Shown here one piece after another: positions 34,722-43,764 of a stretch of 64,000 nucleotides of DNA (position 1 is its first letter; each line of letters begins with the position of its first letter). The notes below the pieces were generated by a model that did not search any database, was not told the DNA's origin, and worked only from the letters and a program-made list of their open reading frames with translations. The stretch comes from Myxococcales bacterium (lineage in GTDB: Bacteria; Lernaellota; Lernaellaia; Lernaellales; Lernaellaceae): NCBI GenBank assembly GCA_012517325.1, contig JAAYVF010000132.1, positions 9,665 to 73,664 of the forward strand, read 5' to 3'. Position numbers and translations under genes: made by a program.

Positions 34722-37406
34722 TCAAGTCGTTTTTTGGCTTTTCAGGCGGAATTCTATGCGGCTGAGCGATTCGCCGGCCGTCTTGATCCAGTCCTTTTTC
34801 TTCTTGCGCATCTGCATCGGCACCAGCAGCGCCCCGAGAACGAAGTTGCCGCCGACCCGGATGAACCGGCGCAGGGCGGCGCGCGATTTTTCGCGCCCGA
34901 TGGCGCCCGCGGCTTTCAAGGCGGCGACGCGCAGATCGTCGTCCTCGGTGAAAATCTTGCCGATCGTTCCGGTCATGCGGTAATGAGCCGCGCCGCTCAG
35001 CAGGTTTTCGGCTTCCTCGCCGCCGATCCGGCCCAGGGCGTTGACCACCGGAATCCGCAGGCGCGGCTCGGCGTAAAACAGGTCGACCAGCGCCGGCAGA
35101 TCGTCCGGCCCGCCCATCTGGCCGAGAATATTGATCGACGCCTCGGCGACCACCGGATCGCTGTCGTGCAACCGCATCTTGGCCAGCAGCACGCCCTCGT
35201 TCTGATCCAGCTTGGCAATGGCTTCGATGACCTCGGCGCGGATGCGCGGATCGTGGTCGTCGGAAATGCTGCGCAGCAATTCCAGATCGCGCTTGCTGCC
35301 CAGCCGCGACACCAGTTCGATGCAATTGCGCGCCACGTAGTACGAGTCCTCGGTCAACTCGCCCTCTTCCCGCCGCCGCTGGAACTGCATCGGATCGCCG
35401 AGGTGCTTCAGTTTCCAATTGCTGACCAGCAGGGTTTTTTCGCCGAGCGTCGTCAAAATCTGATAGGCGCGGTTGCGCAGGCTGCGTTGCGGGCTCTTGA
35501 AAAAGTCGAGCAGTTCGCTGATCACCTTTTCGGTGCCGAGCACCTCGAGAATTTTCATCGCGTTGTCGATCTGGGTCATGTTGTCGCCTTCCATCTCGCG
35601 GCCGAGAGCCTGGATGATCTCGGCGGTGGAGACGGCGACTTTCATCATTTCGCCCAGTTCGCATACGGCGCGGGTGTAATCGTCCTTCTTTTCGGCCGGC
35701 AGGTTGTCGAGGTAATTGACCATGTTGGACACGGAGCGGACGATTTTCAGCGCCGGCGCGTATTTGCCGTTGAGCACAAGATAGCGCGTCAGGTTGCCAA
35801 AGGTGTCGAACAGGCGGCTGAGCACCTCGGTGTCGCGCTCCTTGTTCCGGAGGCGATCGGTGAGGCGGTCGATGATCGCCACCAGGCTCGTTTCCTTGTT
35901 GCGGCTGATCGCCAGTTCGGCCATTTTTTCGATATTTTCGAGGGTGCTGATGCGCTGGTCCGGCCCGCCCTTGCCCAGGTCCTCGAGCAGTTGCTCGATC
36001 ATCTTGCGCGCCGAGGACCAACTCATTTCCTCGCGCAGGCCCGTCTTGGAGAACACCGCCGCCTCGGCCAGGTCCGGATCGAGCGAAAGGATCATTTGCG
36101 CCAGGCTGCGGCGCGCGTTCTTGTCTTTCGCCATGGATCCCGACAGCATTTCCTTGATCATCGAACCCAACTCGGCCGGGCTGAGCTTGTCGATATCGCC
36201 CGATTGGATTTTATTGATGACCTCGGCGAAGACGACGTTGGAAATCAGTTTTTCGTCGGCGCCCAGGTTGTCGGTTTCTTCGTGGTCGGAGGAAATGATG
36301 CCGTAGCGGAACTGGTCGACCATGACGTGGCTGACGCCCTTGCTTTCGAGGATCGCCTTGACGCCGCCTTGTTTTTTGATCTGCGCGTCGGTCTGCGCGA
36401 AGATCATCAGGAAGGCGCGCACTTCCTCGAGCGAGATGCCCCGCTTCAGGGTCATGGCGTTGACGTTGCGCTGCTCCAGGGCGGTCAGAAAATCCTCGAG
36501 GAATTTTTCCTTTTTCTTGATCTTGATGTCTTCGATCAACAGGTCGCCGCCCAGGCGGGTCAGGGTCAGGCCTTCGCGGCCCTGCATCGCGTTTTCGATG
36601 GTCGCCAGCAGGCTTTCCAGCGCCGCCGAGACCGACGGGTGATCGGCGCTCTGGTACATCTGGGTCGTGCGCAAAAGCAGGTTCAACCGCTTGATGATGT
36701 TGGTGCCGAAGCGGACCAGGACCGCGTCCGACAGCCGGGCCTCGCCGGCGCCGCCGGAGCCCGAGGAAGCCAGGATCGAGCCGGTCTGGTACTGTTCGAC
36801 CAGCGAATCGGTCAACAGCATTTCAAAAATGACGCCGTCCTTGCTTTGAAAATCGGCTTCCTTCAACTGCTCGATCAGCATGTTCCAATACGCTTTGCCG
36901 TAGACGTTCAGATCGACCTTGATTTTTTTCACGTTCAGCTCGGGGTCGCCGAGCAGCCGCTGGATCAAATCGGTGGCCGAAATCCGTAGGGCGGGCAACC
37001 CTTCCTCCTGCACCCGGTCGCGCACGAGGTAGAGCAATTGAAACAGCATCGCCGCCTTGGCCTTGAGCAACTTGACGATCTTGTCGTCCAGGCCGCCGAT
37101 CTGCTCGGCGATATCGGCCAGTTCCTTGTATTTTTCCGAGCCCTTGAAGGTGAAGAGATATTGGCCGACCGTCTTGCGGCCCATCACCTTGTTGAGCACC
37201 GGCAAATCCATAAACAGCAACAGTGCCTTGGCGTAGCCGAGGTCATCGAGCGCCTTTTTGGATATTTCGTGCCAGATTTCCGCTACTTGTCGAACCGAAG
37301 TCTTGCTGAACGCGTTGTTGATAATCTCGGCCTGACGTTCCGGTTCCGCGGTTGAGGAGATGGAAGCGATCAATCGTTTGAGATCGAGATTTTCGTCAGC
37401 GATCAT
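34722..37406 (-). CDS. Large (894 aa) cytoplasmic alpha-helical protein with C-terminal HEAT/PBS-lyase-like repeats
   Basis: The C-terminal repeats are DPRIRAEVIEAIAKL, DSDPVVAEASINILGQMG and RLRIPVVNALGRIGG. The remainder is helical with no catalytic motif I recognise. Confidence 0.55.
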   Translation of the reverse strand: MIADENLDLKRLIASISSTAEPERQAEIINNAFSKTSVRQVAEIWHEISKKALDDLGYAKALLLFMDLPVLNKVMGRKTVGQYLFTFKGSEKYKELADIAEQIGGLDDKIVKLLKAKAAMLFQLLYLVRDRVQEEGLPALRISATDLIQRLLGDPELNVKKIKVDLNVYGKAYWNMLIEQLKEADFQSKDGVIFEMLLTDSLVEQYQTGSILASSGSGGAGEARLSDAVLVRFGTNIIKRLNLLLRTTQMYQSADHPSVSAALESLLATIENAMQGREGLTLTRLGGDLLIEDIKIKKKEKFLEDFLTALEQRNVNAMTLKRGISLEEVRAFLMIFAQTDAQIKKQGGVKAILESKGVSHVMVDQFRYGIISSDHEETDNLGADEKLISNVVFAEVINKIQSGDIDKLSPAELGSMIKEMLSGSMAKDKNARRSLAQMILSLDPDLAEAAVFSKTGLREEMSWSSARKMIEQLLEDLGKGGPDQRISTLENIEKMAELAISRNKETSLVAIIDRLTDRLRNKERDTEVLSRLFDTFGNLTRYLVLNGKYAPALKIVRSVSNMVNYLDNLPAEKKDDYTRAVCELGEMMKVAVSTAEIIQALGREMEGDNMTQIDNAMKILEVLGTEKVISELLDFFKSPQRSLRNRAYQILTTLGEKTLLVSNWKLKHLGDPMQFQRRREEGELTEDSYYVARNCIELVSRLGSKRDLELLRSISDDHDPRIRAEVIEAIAKLDQNEGVLLAKMRLHDSDPVVAEASINILGQMGGPDDLPALVDLFYAEPRLRIPVVNALGRIGGEEAENLLSGAAHYRMTGTIGKIFTEDDDLRVAALKAAGAIGREKSRAALRRFIRVGGNFVLGALLVPMQMRKKKKDWIKTAGESLSRIEFRLKSQKTT

Positions 37407-37724
37407 AGCAGCCTCCCGGATCGGTGTCCGTCGGTTGGTTGGCCCAATGGCGCGTGTTCTCGATGCTAAATAGTAAGGGCTGTTATTGTCAACTTATCGT
37501 CATCAAATACTTGGAAAATTTTTTCAGCCGTTTTATTTTTTCAGTATGGCATTTCGGCGGCGTAAATACCAGCGAGCGGGGAAATGAGCCGGGCGAAGGC
37601 GATCCCGATCATCCACGAAGGCCGCCGGTTGAGGCTTGTTTACAAAATCCGGTTCTGGTGCTAAATCCAACGTCCTGTTTGATCCCTTCCGCGGGATCAA
37701 GAAGAAAACGGGTATTTACCGGAA

Positions 37725-38924
37725 ATGATGAGCCTTTTGATCCTCTGTCTGCTGACCGCCGGGTTTATCGGCTTTGGCGTGGTCGAGCGGGTTTTCCATC
37801 AGCGCAGCCTGGCCGCGGTCCCGACCCGCATCCACGTCAGCGGCACGCGCGGCAAATCGAGTGTCACCCGGCTCATCGCCTCGGGATTGCGCGAGGCCGG
37901 CATCGTCACCGCCGCCAAGACCACGGGGACGCTGGCCCGGATGATTCTGCCCGACGCGCGCGAAGTACCGATCTTCCGTCCCTCCGGGCCGAACATCATC
38001 GAGCAGACGCGCATCATCGCCGCGGCCGCCGATATGGGCTGCCAGGCCCTGGTCATCGAATGCATGGCGCTTCAGCCCGAGTTGCACTGGCTGAGCGAAA
38101 ACAAACTGATCCACGCCACACACGGCGTGATCACCAACGCCCGCGCCGACCACCTGGACGTCATGGGGCCGACCGAGGTCGACGTCGCCAAGACCCTGGC
38201 CAGCATGACGCCGGTCGGCGGCGTCCTCTACACCGCCGAGCAGCGCCACCTGGATATCCTGCGGGAAGCGGCGGCCGACCGCAGTACGCGCCTGGTCGCC
38301 GTCGACACGGCGGACATCGCGGCGATCACCGACGAGGAAATCGGCAAATTTTCGTATACCGAGCACAAGGAAAACGTGGCGCTGGCCTGGAAGGTGCTGG
38401 CGGACCTGGGCGTCTCGCGCGAGGTCGCCTTCCGGGGAATGTGGAAAACCAATCCCGATCCCGGCGCGCTCAGCGTGTCGACGGTCGATTTTTTCAAGCG
38501 CCGCATCGTCTTCGTCAACGGTTTCGCCGCCAACGACCCGGAGTCGACCGAGCGCATCTGGCGGCTGGCGCGGCAACGCTACCCGGAGATCAAACGCGCC
38601 GTGGCCGTGTTCAATCTGCGGGCCGACCGCGTTTCACGCACCTCGCAGATGGCGCAGGACACGACGTTCTGGCACGAGGCCGACGCGGTCCTGTTGATGG
38701 GCACCGGCGCCTATCACTTCGCGCGGATGGCCGCCAAGACCGATTACGACACCGGCGAATTCATCTTCGCCGATCAATTGGAAGTGGACCAGATCTTCGA
38801 AAGCATCGTGGAAGCGTGCACCAGCCCGGTCACCCTGGTGATCGGCATGGGCAACATCGGCGGCCAGGGACTGCCGCTGGTCCGGTATTTTAAAAACCGC
38901 GCCTTGCCTGGAGAAATGTCATGA
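37725..38924 (+). CDS. pgsB: Poly-gamma-glutamate synthase PgsB/CapB (Mur-ligase-family amide ligase)
   Basis: An N-terminal TM helix is followed by the P-loop HVSGTRGKSSVTRL, then ECMALQPE, NARADHLDVMGPT and FVNGFAANDPEST. This is collinear with Bacillus PgsB. Confidence 0.8.
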   Translation: MMSLLILCLLTAGFIGFGVVERVFHQRSLAAVPTRIHVSGTRGKSSVTRLIASGLREAGIVTAAKTTGTLARMILPDAREVPIFRPSGPNIIEQTRIIAAAADMGCQALVIECMALQPELHWLSENKLIHATHGVITNARADHLDVMGPTEVDVAKTLASMTPVGGVLYTAEQRHLDILREAAADRSTRLVAVDTADIAAITDEEIGKFSYTEHKENVALAWKVLADLGVSREVAFRGMWKTNPDPGALSVSTVDFFKRRIVFVNGFAANDPESTERIWRLARQRYPEIKRAVAVFNLRADRVSRTSQMAQDTTFWHEADAVLLMGTGAYHFARMAAKTDYDTGEFIFADQLEVDQIFESIVEACTSPVTLVIGMGNIGGQGLPLVRYFKNRALPGEMS

Positions 38925-39367
38925 CCGACATTCTGTCGCTATCGGTGGGCATCGGCCTGGTCGTGGGCATGCTGTTCACCGAATTGTTCGGGATCGCCTC
39001 GGGCGGCCTGATCGTGCCCGGCTACATCGGCCTGTACATGACCAAGCCCTGGGACGTCGCGGTCACGATCGGCGTGAGCTGCCTCACCTTCGCCATCGTC
39101 CGCACTCTCTCGTCGTTTCTGATCGTCTACGGGCGGCGGCGTTCGGCGTTGATGATCCTGATCGGCTACATCATCGGCTCGATCATCCGCAGCTTCGCCG
39201 ATTTGCCGATCGAGCACCTTTCCGTCATCGGCTACGTCATTCCCGGCCTGATCGCGATCTGGATGGACCGCCAGGGCGTGCTGCAAACCATGGCCTCGCT
39301 GATCATCGTCTCCACCATCGTGCGACTGATTCTGGTCATTGCCGTCGGGACGGAGTTGCTGCCATGA
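38921..39367 (+). CDS. pgsC: Poly-gamma-glutamate biosynthesis membrane protein PgsC/CapC
   Basis: 148 aa with 4-5 TM helices. GLIVPGYIGLY...YGRRR...VIPGLIA matches PgsC. It overlaps pgsB by 4 nt. Confidence 0.75.
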   Translation: MTDILSLSVGIGLVVGMLFTELFGIASGGLIVPGYIGLYMTKPWDVAVTIGVSCLTFAIVRTLSSFLIVYGRRRSALMILIGYIIGSIIRSFADLPIEHLSVIGYVIPGLIAIWMDRQGVLQTMASLIIVSTIVRLILVIAVGTELLP

Positions 39368-40509
39368 AGAAGCTTTACTGGCGCCCGCAGCGCGCTTCGC
39401 TGCGCGTTTTGTGGCTGGTGGCCCTGCTCGCCATCGGCGGCTTGTTCATGGTCGAGAAATTCCGCATCCAGGAAGAACAGCCGTTTTTCCGCGAAAAGGT
39501 GCGCGCCTCGCAATTGGCCGCCGAGTGCTTCAAGGCGATCAAGGACGAACGCCTGAAGCGCGACATTCCGATCGACCCCGAATCCGACCCCACGATGTCC
39601 GGCCTGGTCGGCGAACTGCTGACGCCGGTCACCACCAACCCGGGCCACCTGCCCTCCAAGCAGACCGCGATCAACCCCAATTTCGCGGCGGTGGTCGTGC
39701 ACTTGCTCAAGCGGATCGGCGTCGCGCCGGGCGACGTGGTCGCCCTGGGCATTTCGGGTTCCTTCCCGGCCGAGAACATCGCCGTGCTGGCGGCCATCCA
39801 ATCCCTGGGGCTGCAGCCGATCCTGATCTCCAGCGTCGGTTCCTCGCAGTGGGGCGCCAACAACCCGAAATTTCTCTGGCCGGAAATGGAACAGCTTCTG
39901 TACGACCAGCACCTGATCAACTTCCGGTCGGTGGCGCTCTCCCGCGGCGGCCTGGAAGACAAGGCGCTGGGCATGACCAAGGAAGGCAAGGAAATCATCG
40001 ACCGGGTCATCGACCGCAGCGGAATCGCGAAAATCGAGGCGAAGAGCTATGCCGAGAGCGTGGAGCGGCGCATGGAAATCTACCTGGCCAGCGCCGGCGA
40101 CAAGGGCATCAAGGCGTACATCAACGTCGGCGGCGGCACGGCGTCGGTCGGCGCGCGCCTGGGCCGCAAGCTGTTCAAGCCCGGCCTGAACCGCACCATG
40201 CCGCAGGGCGCCTCCGAAATCGACTCGGTGATGGCGCGTTTCATCGCCAACGACGTGCCGGTCATTCACATCATGAACATCGACAAGCTCGCGCAACGCT
40301 ACGGCTTGCCGCTGGAGCCCAAAACCATGCCGGCCGTCGGCCAGGGCAAAATATTCGTCCGCGAGGTGCACAACCGCTGGCTGGCGCTGGGCGCGACGGT
40401 CTTCCTGATTCTGGTCCTGATCGCGTTCGTCCGCTTCGACTGGGGCTACCGGATCTTCACCGCCGGCAGCCGGGAACGGACCTCGACCCGCCCGCAAAAA
40501 ATGGTTTGA
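39364..40509 (+). CDS. Putative poly-gamma-glutamate system accessory protein. It is not CapA/PgsA-like and has N- and C-terminal membrane anchors.
   Basis: It lacks the CapA metallophosphatase motifs (GNFE, GHHPH). It has TM helices at both ends. I recall a protein family that co-occurs with PgsB/PgsC in place of CapA; I could not verify membership. Confidence 0.4.
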   Translation: MKKLYWRPQRASLRVLWLVALLAIGGLFMVEKFRIQEEQPFFREKVRASQLAAECFKAIKDERLKRDIPIDPESDPTMSGLVGELLTPVTTNPGHLPSKQTAINPNFAAVVVHLLKRIGVAPGDVVALGISGSFPAENIAVLAAIQSLGLQPILISSVGSSQWGANNPKFLWPEMEQLLYDQHLINFRSVALSRGGLEDKALGMTKEGKEIIDRVIDRSGIAKIEAKSYAESVERRMEIYLASAGDKGIKAYINVGGGTASVGARLGRKLFKPGLNRTMPQGASEIDSVMARFIANDVPVIHIMNIDKLAQRYGLPLEPKTMPAVGQGKIFVREVHNRWLALGATVFLILVLIAFVRFDWGYRIFTAGSRERTSTRPQKMV

Positions 40510-40601
40510 TCCGGCGCCTGCCGGGGCGGCGCGTTGAACGAAAGTTCCCGTCCCGGTAGAATGGCGGACGGCGATAAACGAGCAACCCCCGGGAAGGACG
40601 C

Positions 40602-41501
40602 ATGAGCCCCGCGCGATCCAAGACCAAGGCGCGACTGATGGAAGTCGTCACGCCCCACAAACCGGTCAACGTCCAGTTGACCGACCTGGATCTCGAGGAC
40701 CAACTGCGCGGCGAAAAAGCTTCCTCGCTGTTTCTCGGGCAATTCGAACTGGAACGGATTCAAGGCGCCCTGGAGCGTTTCGGCATCACCGAACAACTGC
40801 ACAAGCTGGGTTACGCCGAGATCGAGGCCGAGTTCCACGCCCGCAGCGCGTTCGAGCATTTTCTGCGCATTTTCAGCCGGGAACAGCACGACAAGGTGCT
40901 GCTCGGCGAAATCATCCTGAAAGAAGGCCACTACACGCCGCGCGCGCCGGCACTGCCGGATTTCACGCTGCCGCCACTGGACGTGCTGTCGATCGAGTGG
41001 ATCCTGATGCAGCACGTGCGCGGCCAGTTCACGCCCAATCACCGCCGCCTGCCCGGCCAGAACCATCCGGGCCTCGGCCTGGGCCACAAGGTGGTGGATC
41101 TGCTCTTGTGGGTCACGCATCTGATGGAAAAGGAAGCGCTGATCAACATGCCCGAATATTTCCACAACGCGCTGTTCTACGACCGCTGGTTCAAGTTCTA
41201 CGATCCGCGCGTTCAGGGCACGATGCAGGCCGTGATCCGCGACCTGGCGGCGGCCGGCTACGACCTGGCGGACATGTCGTACGCGGCTTATTTCAATTGC
41301 CTGCTCAACAGCAAAACCGGCGAGCGCTTTTGCTGGCAGCCGCAGGAACAACTGCTGGCCATGTCCGAACCGGCCCGGCACTATCTCGAACACCCCGATT
41401 ACGCGCGGCTGGTGCGCGAAACGAGCGAAGCCCTCTCTTTCACCGTCGATGGCGCCTTGTTCATGGAAAAGATCGCCAAGGCCGATCATCTGGAGTGGTA
41501 G
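40602..41501 (+). CDS. Hypothetical protein (no family I recognise)
   Basis: 299 aa, soluble. It is tightly followed (5 nt) by a radical SAM gene. Confidence 0.5.
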   Translation: MSPARSKTKARLMEVVTPHKPVNVQLTDLDLEDQLRGEKASSLFLGQFELERIQGALERFGITEQLHKLGYAEIEAEFHARSAFEHFLRIFSREQHDKVLLGEIILKEGHYTPRAPALPDFTLPPLDVLSIEWILMQHVRGQFTPNHRRLPGQNHPGLGLGHKVVDLLLWVTHLMEKEALINMPEYFHNALFYDRWFKFYDPRVQGTMQAVIRDLAAAGYDLADMSYAAYFNCLLNSKTGERFCWQPQEQLLAMSEPARHYLEHPDYARLVRETSEALSFTVDGALFMEKIAKADHLEW

Positions 41502-41506
41502 GATTC

Positions 41507-42376
41507 ATGGAATACGAAGGCATGGTGATCCGCCCCCCGAGCGAGGCCCGCTCGCTGATTTTGCAGGCGACCTTCGGGTGTAGCCACAACCGCTGCACCT
41601 TCTGCCCGACCTACAAAGGCACCCGCTTCCGCATCAAGGACGAAGACCGCCTCTTCGCCGAGATCGACGAGATGGCCGCCCTGCGGCCCTGGCGCCGCGT
41701 GTTTCTGGCCGACGGCGACGCGCTGATCATCCCCCAGGCGCGGCTGGTCCGCATCCTGGAAAAACTGCGCGGGACGATCCGCGGCCTGGAACGCGTCGGC
41801 ATCTACGGCAATGCGAAATCCGTCGAAAAGAAAAGCGTCGAGGAACTGCGCGAACTGCGCCGGCTCGGCCTGGGCATCGTTTACTTCGGCCTGGAATCGG
41901 GCGACGACGACACCCTCGCCTTCATCGGCAAAGGGAAAACCGCCGCCGAGATGATCGCCGCCGGCCGGCGGGTGAAGGAATCCGGGATCGAACTGTCGAT
42001 CACGGTGCTGCTGGGCATCGCGGGCGGGCGTTCGCGGGAACATGCGATTCATACCGGCCAGGTGCTCACGGCGATCGACCCCGATTACGTCGGCGCCTTG
42101 ACGGTGATGGTCGTCCCCAACACGCCGCTGTGGGATTTGCAGGAAAGCGGCGCCTGGACGCTGCCCGACGAATTCACCTCGCTGGAGGAACTGGCCCTGA
42201 TGCTGGCCCACACCGAAATGACGCGCGGCCTGTTCATGAGCAACCACGCCAGCAACTATCTGCCGATGCGCATCGCCATGCCGCACGAAAAAGAAGCCGC
42301 CCTCGCCGAACTGCGCGACGTGCTCGCCCGCCGCGACCGCTCGGTGCTCAAACCCGAGTGGTGGCGAGCGCTGTAG
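41507..42376 (+). CDS. Radical SAM protein (B12-independent), subfamily unassigned
   Basis: The start was trimmed to MEYEGMVIRPP. The motif is GCSHNRCTFC. The supplied ORF's long N-terminal extension was rejected. Confidence 0.65.
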   Translation: MEYEGMVIRPPSEARSLILQATFGCSHNRCTFCPTYKGTRFRIKDEDRLFAEIDEMAALRPWRRVFLADGDALIIPQARLVRILEKLRGTIRGLERVGIYGNAKSVEKKSVEELRELRRLGLGIVYFGLESGDDDTLAFIGKGKTAAEMIAAGRRVKESGIELSITVLLGIAGGRSREHAIHTGQVLTAIDPDYVGALTVMVVPNTPLWDLQESGAWTLPDEFTSLEELALMLAHTEMTRGLFMSNHASNYLPMRIAMPHEKEAALAELRDVLARRDRSVLKPEWWRAL

Positions 42377-42401
42377 CGGGTCGGGGCAAGGCCCTCAATG
42401 C

Positions 42402-43139
42402 TCAATCCGCGTACATTTCCCGCCAACCGAGCGGCCGGTCGAAGGGCTCCTGCTTCGATTCGCAGCCGATGAAGGTCGCGTAATCGATTTTGCTGAATAC
42501 CGGCGTGCAGTGAATGTCCGGCGGAATAAACGAACGGATGCAGGTCCGCAGATCCGTGATTTCCTCGCAAGGCGTGTCGGTGATTTCATGAATCAAGGCG
42601 TCTTGAATCGTCTCGGCGGTCCAGGATGCGTCGGTTCCGCCCGCTCCCTGTAATGCCCAACCGGTCACCGTCCAGGCATCGTTCGGATCGGGATCGCAAA
42701 GATAGCCGTTTGTTTTCTCCGAGAGCATCCCATATTTCGGTCCCAGCCATAAATAATCGAAATGGTCTCCACCATATTCGTTCATATAATTGATGCAGAA
42801 ATGGAAATTTACGCTTTCTAAATTTACCCCGGACTCGCATTGGATCGAATACCGCAAATCATCGGTGACCTTCCGAAACCTCAACCTCGTTGCCACGCAA
42901 TATCGCCCTTCACAACTGGAATCGGCGTTTTTGCATTCGGCCGCCCACTCCTCGATTTGATTCAGTGAACCGGTGGCCTGTTCCGGGCTGTGCTGCCAAC
43001 AGGTGGGCTCGCAAGGCGGCGACGAATCGTCGTCATCCGTGGCGTTATCATCGTTTTTATCTTGAGCACAGGCAAGAAATGAAATGAAAAGAAGAATCGT
43101 TAGTACCGTTAGAAAATACATTCGCATGATCAGCCTCAT
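42402..43139 (-). CDS. Cys-rich, Asp-rich lipoprotein of unknown function in a low-GC patch
   Basis: The lipobox is LFISFLAC. An acidic stretch QDKNDDNATDDDDSS follows. It has 14 Cys. Local GC is about 48% against about 65% in the flanks. Confidence 0.55.
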   Translation of the reverse strand: MRLIMRMYFLTVLTILLFISFLACAQDKNDDNATDDDDSSPPCEPTCWQHSPEQATGSLNQIEEWAAECKNADSSCEGRYCVATRLRFRKVTDDLRYSIQCESGVNLESVNFHFCINYMNEYGGDHFDYLWLGPKYGMLSEKTNGYLCDPDPNDAWTVTGWALQGAGGTDASWTAETIQDALIHEITDTPCEEITDLRTCIRSFIPPDIHCTPVFSKIDYATFIGCESKQEPFDRPLGWREMYAD

Positions 43140-43178
43140 AATTCCTTACCGCAGGCTGCTGTCTTTGCTTAGAATATC

Positions 43179-43763
43179 TTAATTTACTTTGTTTACAATC
43201 CGCAATGGTTCGACGGCGGCAAGACCGCATTGGCGGCCCCAGGCGGCGGCGGATTCGCGCACGGCGGCTTCGGTCCAAAGATGAGCCGTCGCTCGCGGAA
43301 GTTGCCTGAGCGCCATGATTTTTTGTTCAATCGTCGCGGCGATGTCGGAAAACATGTTGGGAACGAACAAGGAACCGGCGGTATCCGCAAGGCCGGTCAT
43401 CGCCGGATCGATATCCATGGCGATTCTACTGACCGCCTTGCCGCCGCGCCCGGCCAAAAAACATCCATCGACCGCCTCGCCAACGATTCGATGATCCGCA
43501 TCCGGGTCGCCGTGCCAATGCGAAAAGACCACATCGGGATCGAACGAAGCGACTGCCGCCGCGATGTTCGCCAGGTCCGACTGAAGAATTTCCGCGATTC
43601 CCAGCGCGCGGCGGATACCCGCTAAAATGTCGGGGGCGCAGTTTTCACAACCGACAATCAGCCAGCGGGTTTGAATGCCGTCCCGCGACAGGCGGGCAAA
43701 GGTTCCCCCGGCGCACAGCACCGCGTCCGTCAGATGAGCCGCGATCAGCAGGGCTTTTTTCAT
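43179..43763 (-). CDS. PIG-L/LmbE family N-acetylglucosaminyl deacetylase-like protein (with a degenerate AHPDDE box)
   Basis: The N-terminus is LLIAAHLTDAVLCAGGT, and HWHGDPDADHR lies mid-protein. The fold-family call is moderate. Confidence 0.5.
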   Translation of the reverse strand: MKKALLIAAHLTDAVLCAGGTFARLSRDGIQTRWLIVGCENCAPDILAGIRRALGIAEILQSDLANIAAAVASFDPDVVFSHWHGDPDADHRIVGEAVDGCFLAGRGGKAVSRIAMDIDPAMTGLADTAGSLFVPNMFSDIAATIEQKIMALRQLPRATAHLWTEAAVRESAAAWGRQCGLAAVEPLRIVNKVN

Positions 43764-43764
43764 T

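Noticed and set aside
34272-36989. 905-aa plus-strand ORF and 544-aa minus ORF (34387..36021)
   Set aside because: These are alternative frames of the HEAT-repeat gene region. They are Arg/Gly-rich with no domain signal. The 894-aa frame has coherent helical repeats.
40997-41506. 170-aa N-terminal extension of the radical SAM ORF 40997..42376
   Set aside because: The extension is Pro/Arg/Gly low complexity overlapping the preceding gene. The genuine start MEYEGMVIRPP directly precedes the CxxxCxxC motif.
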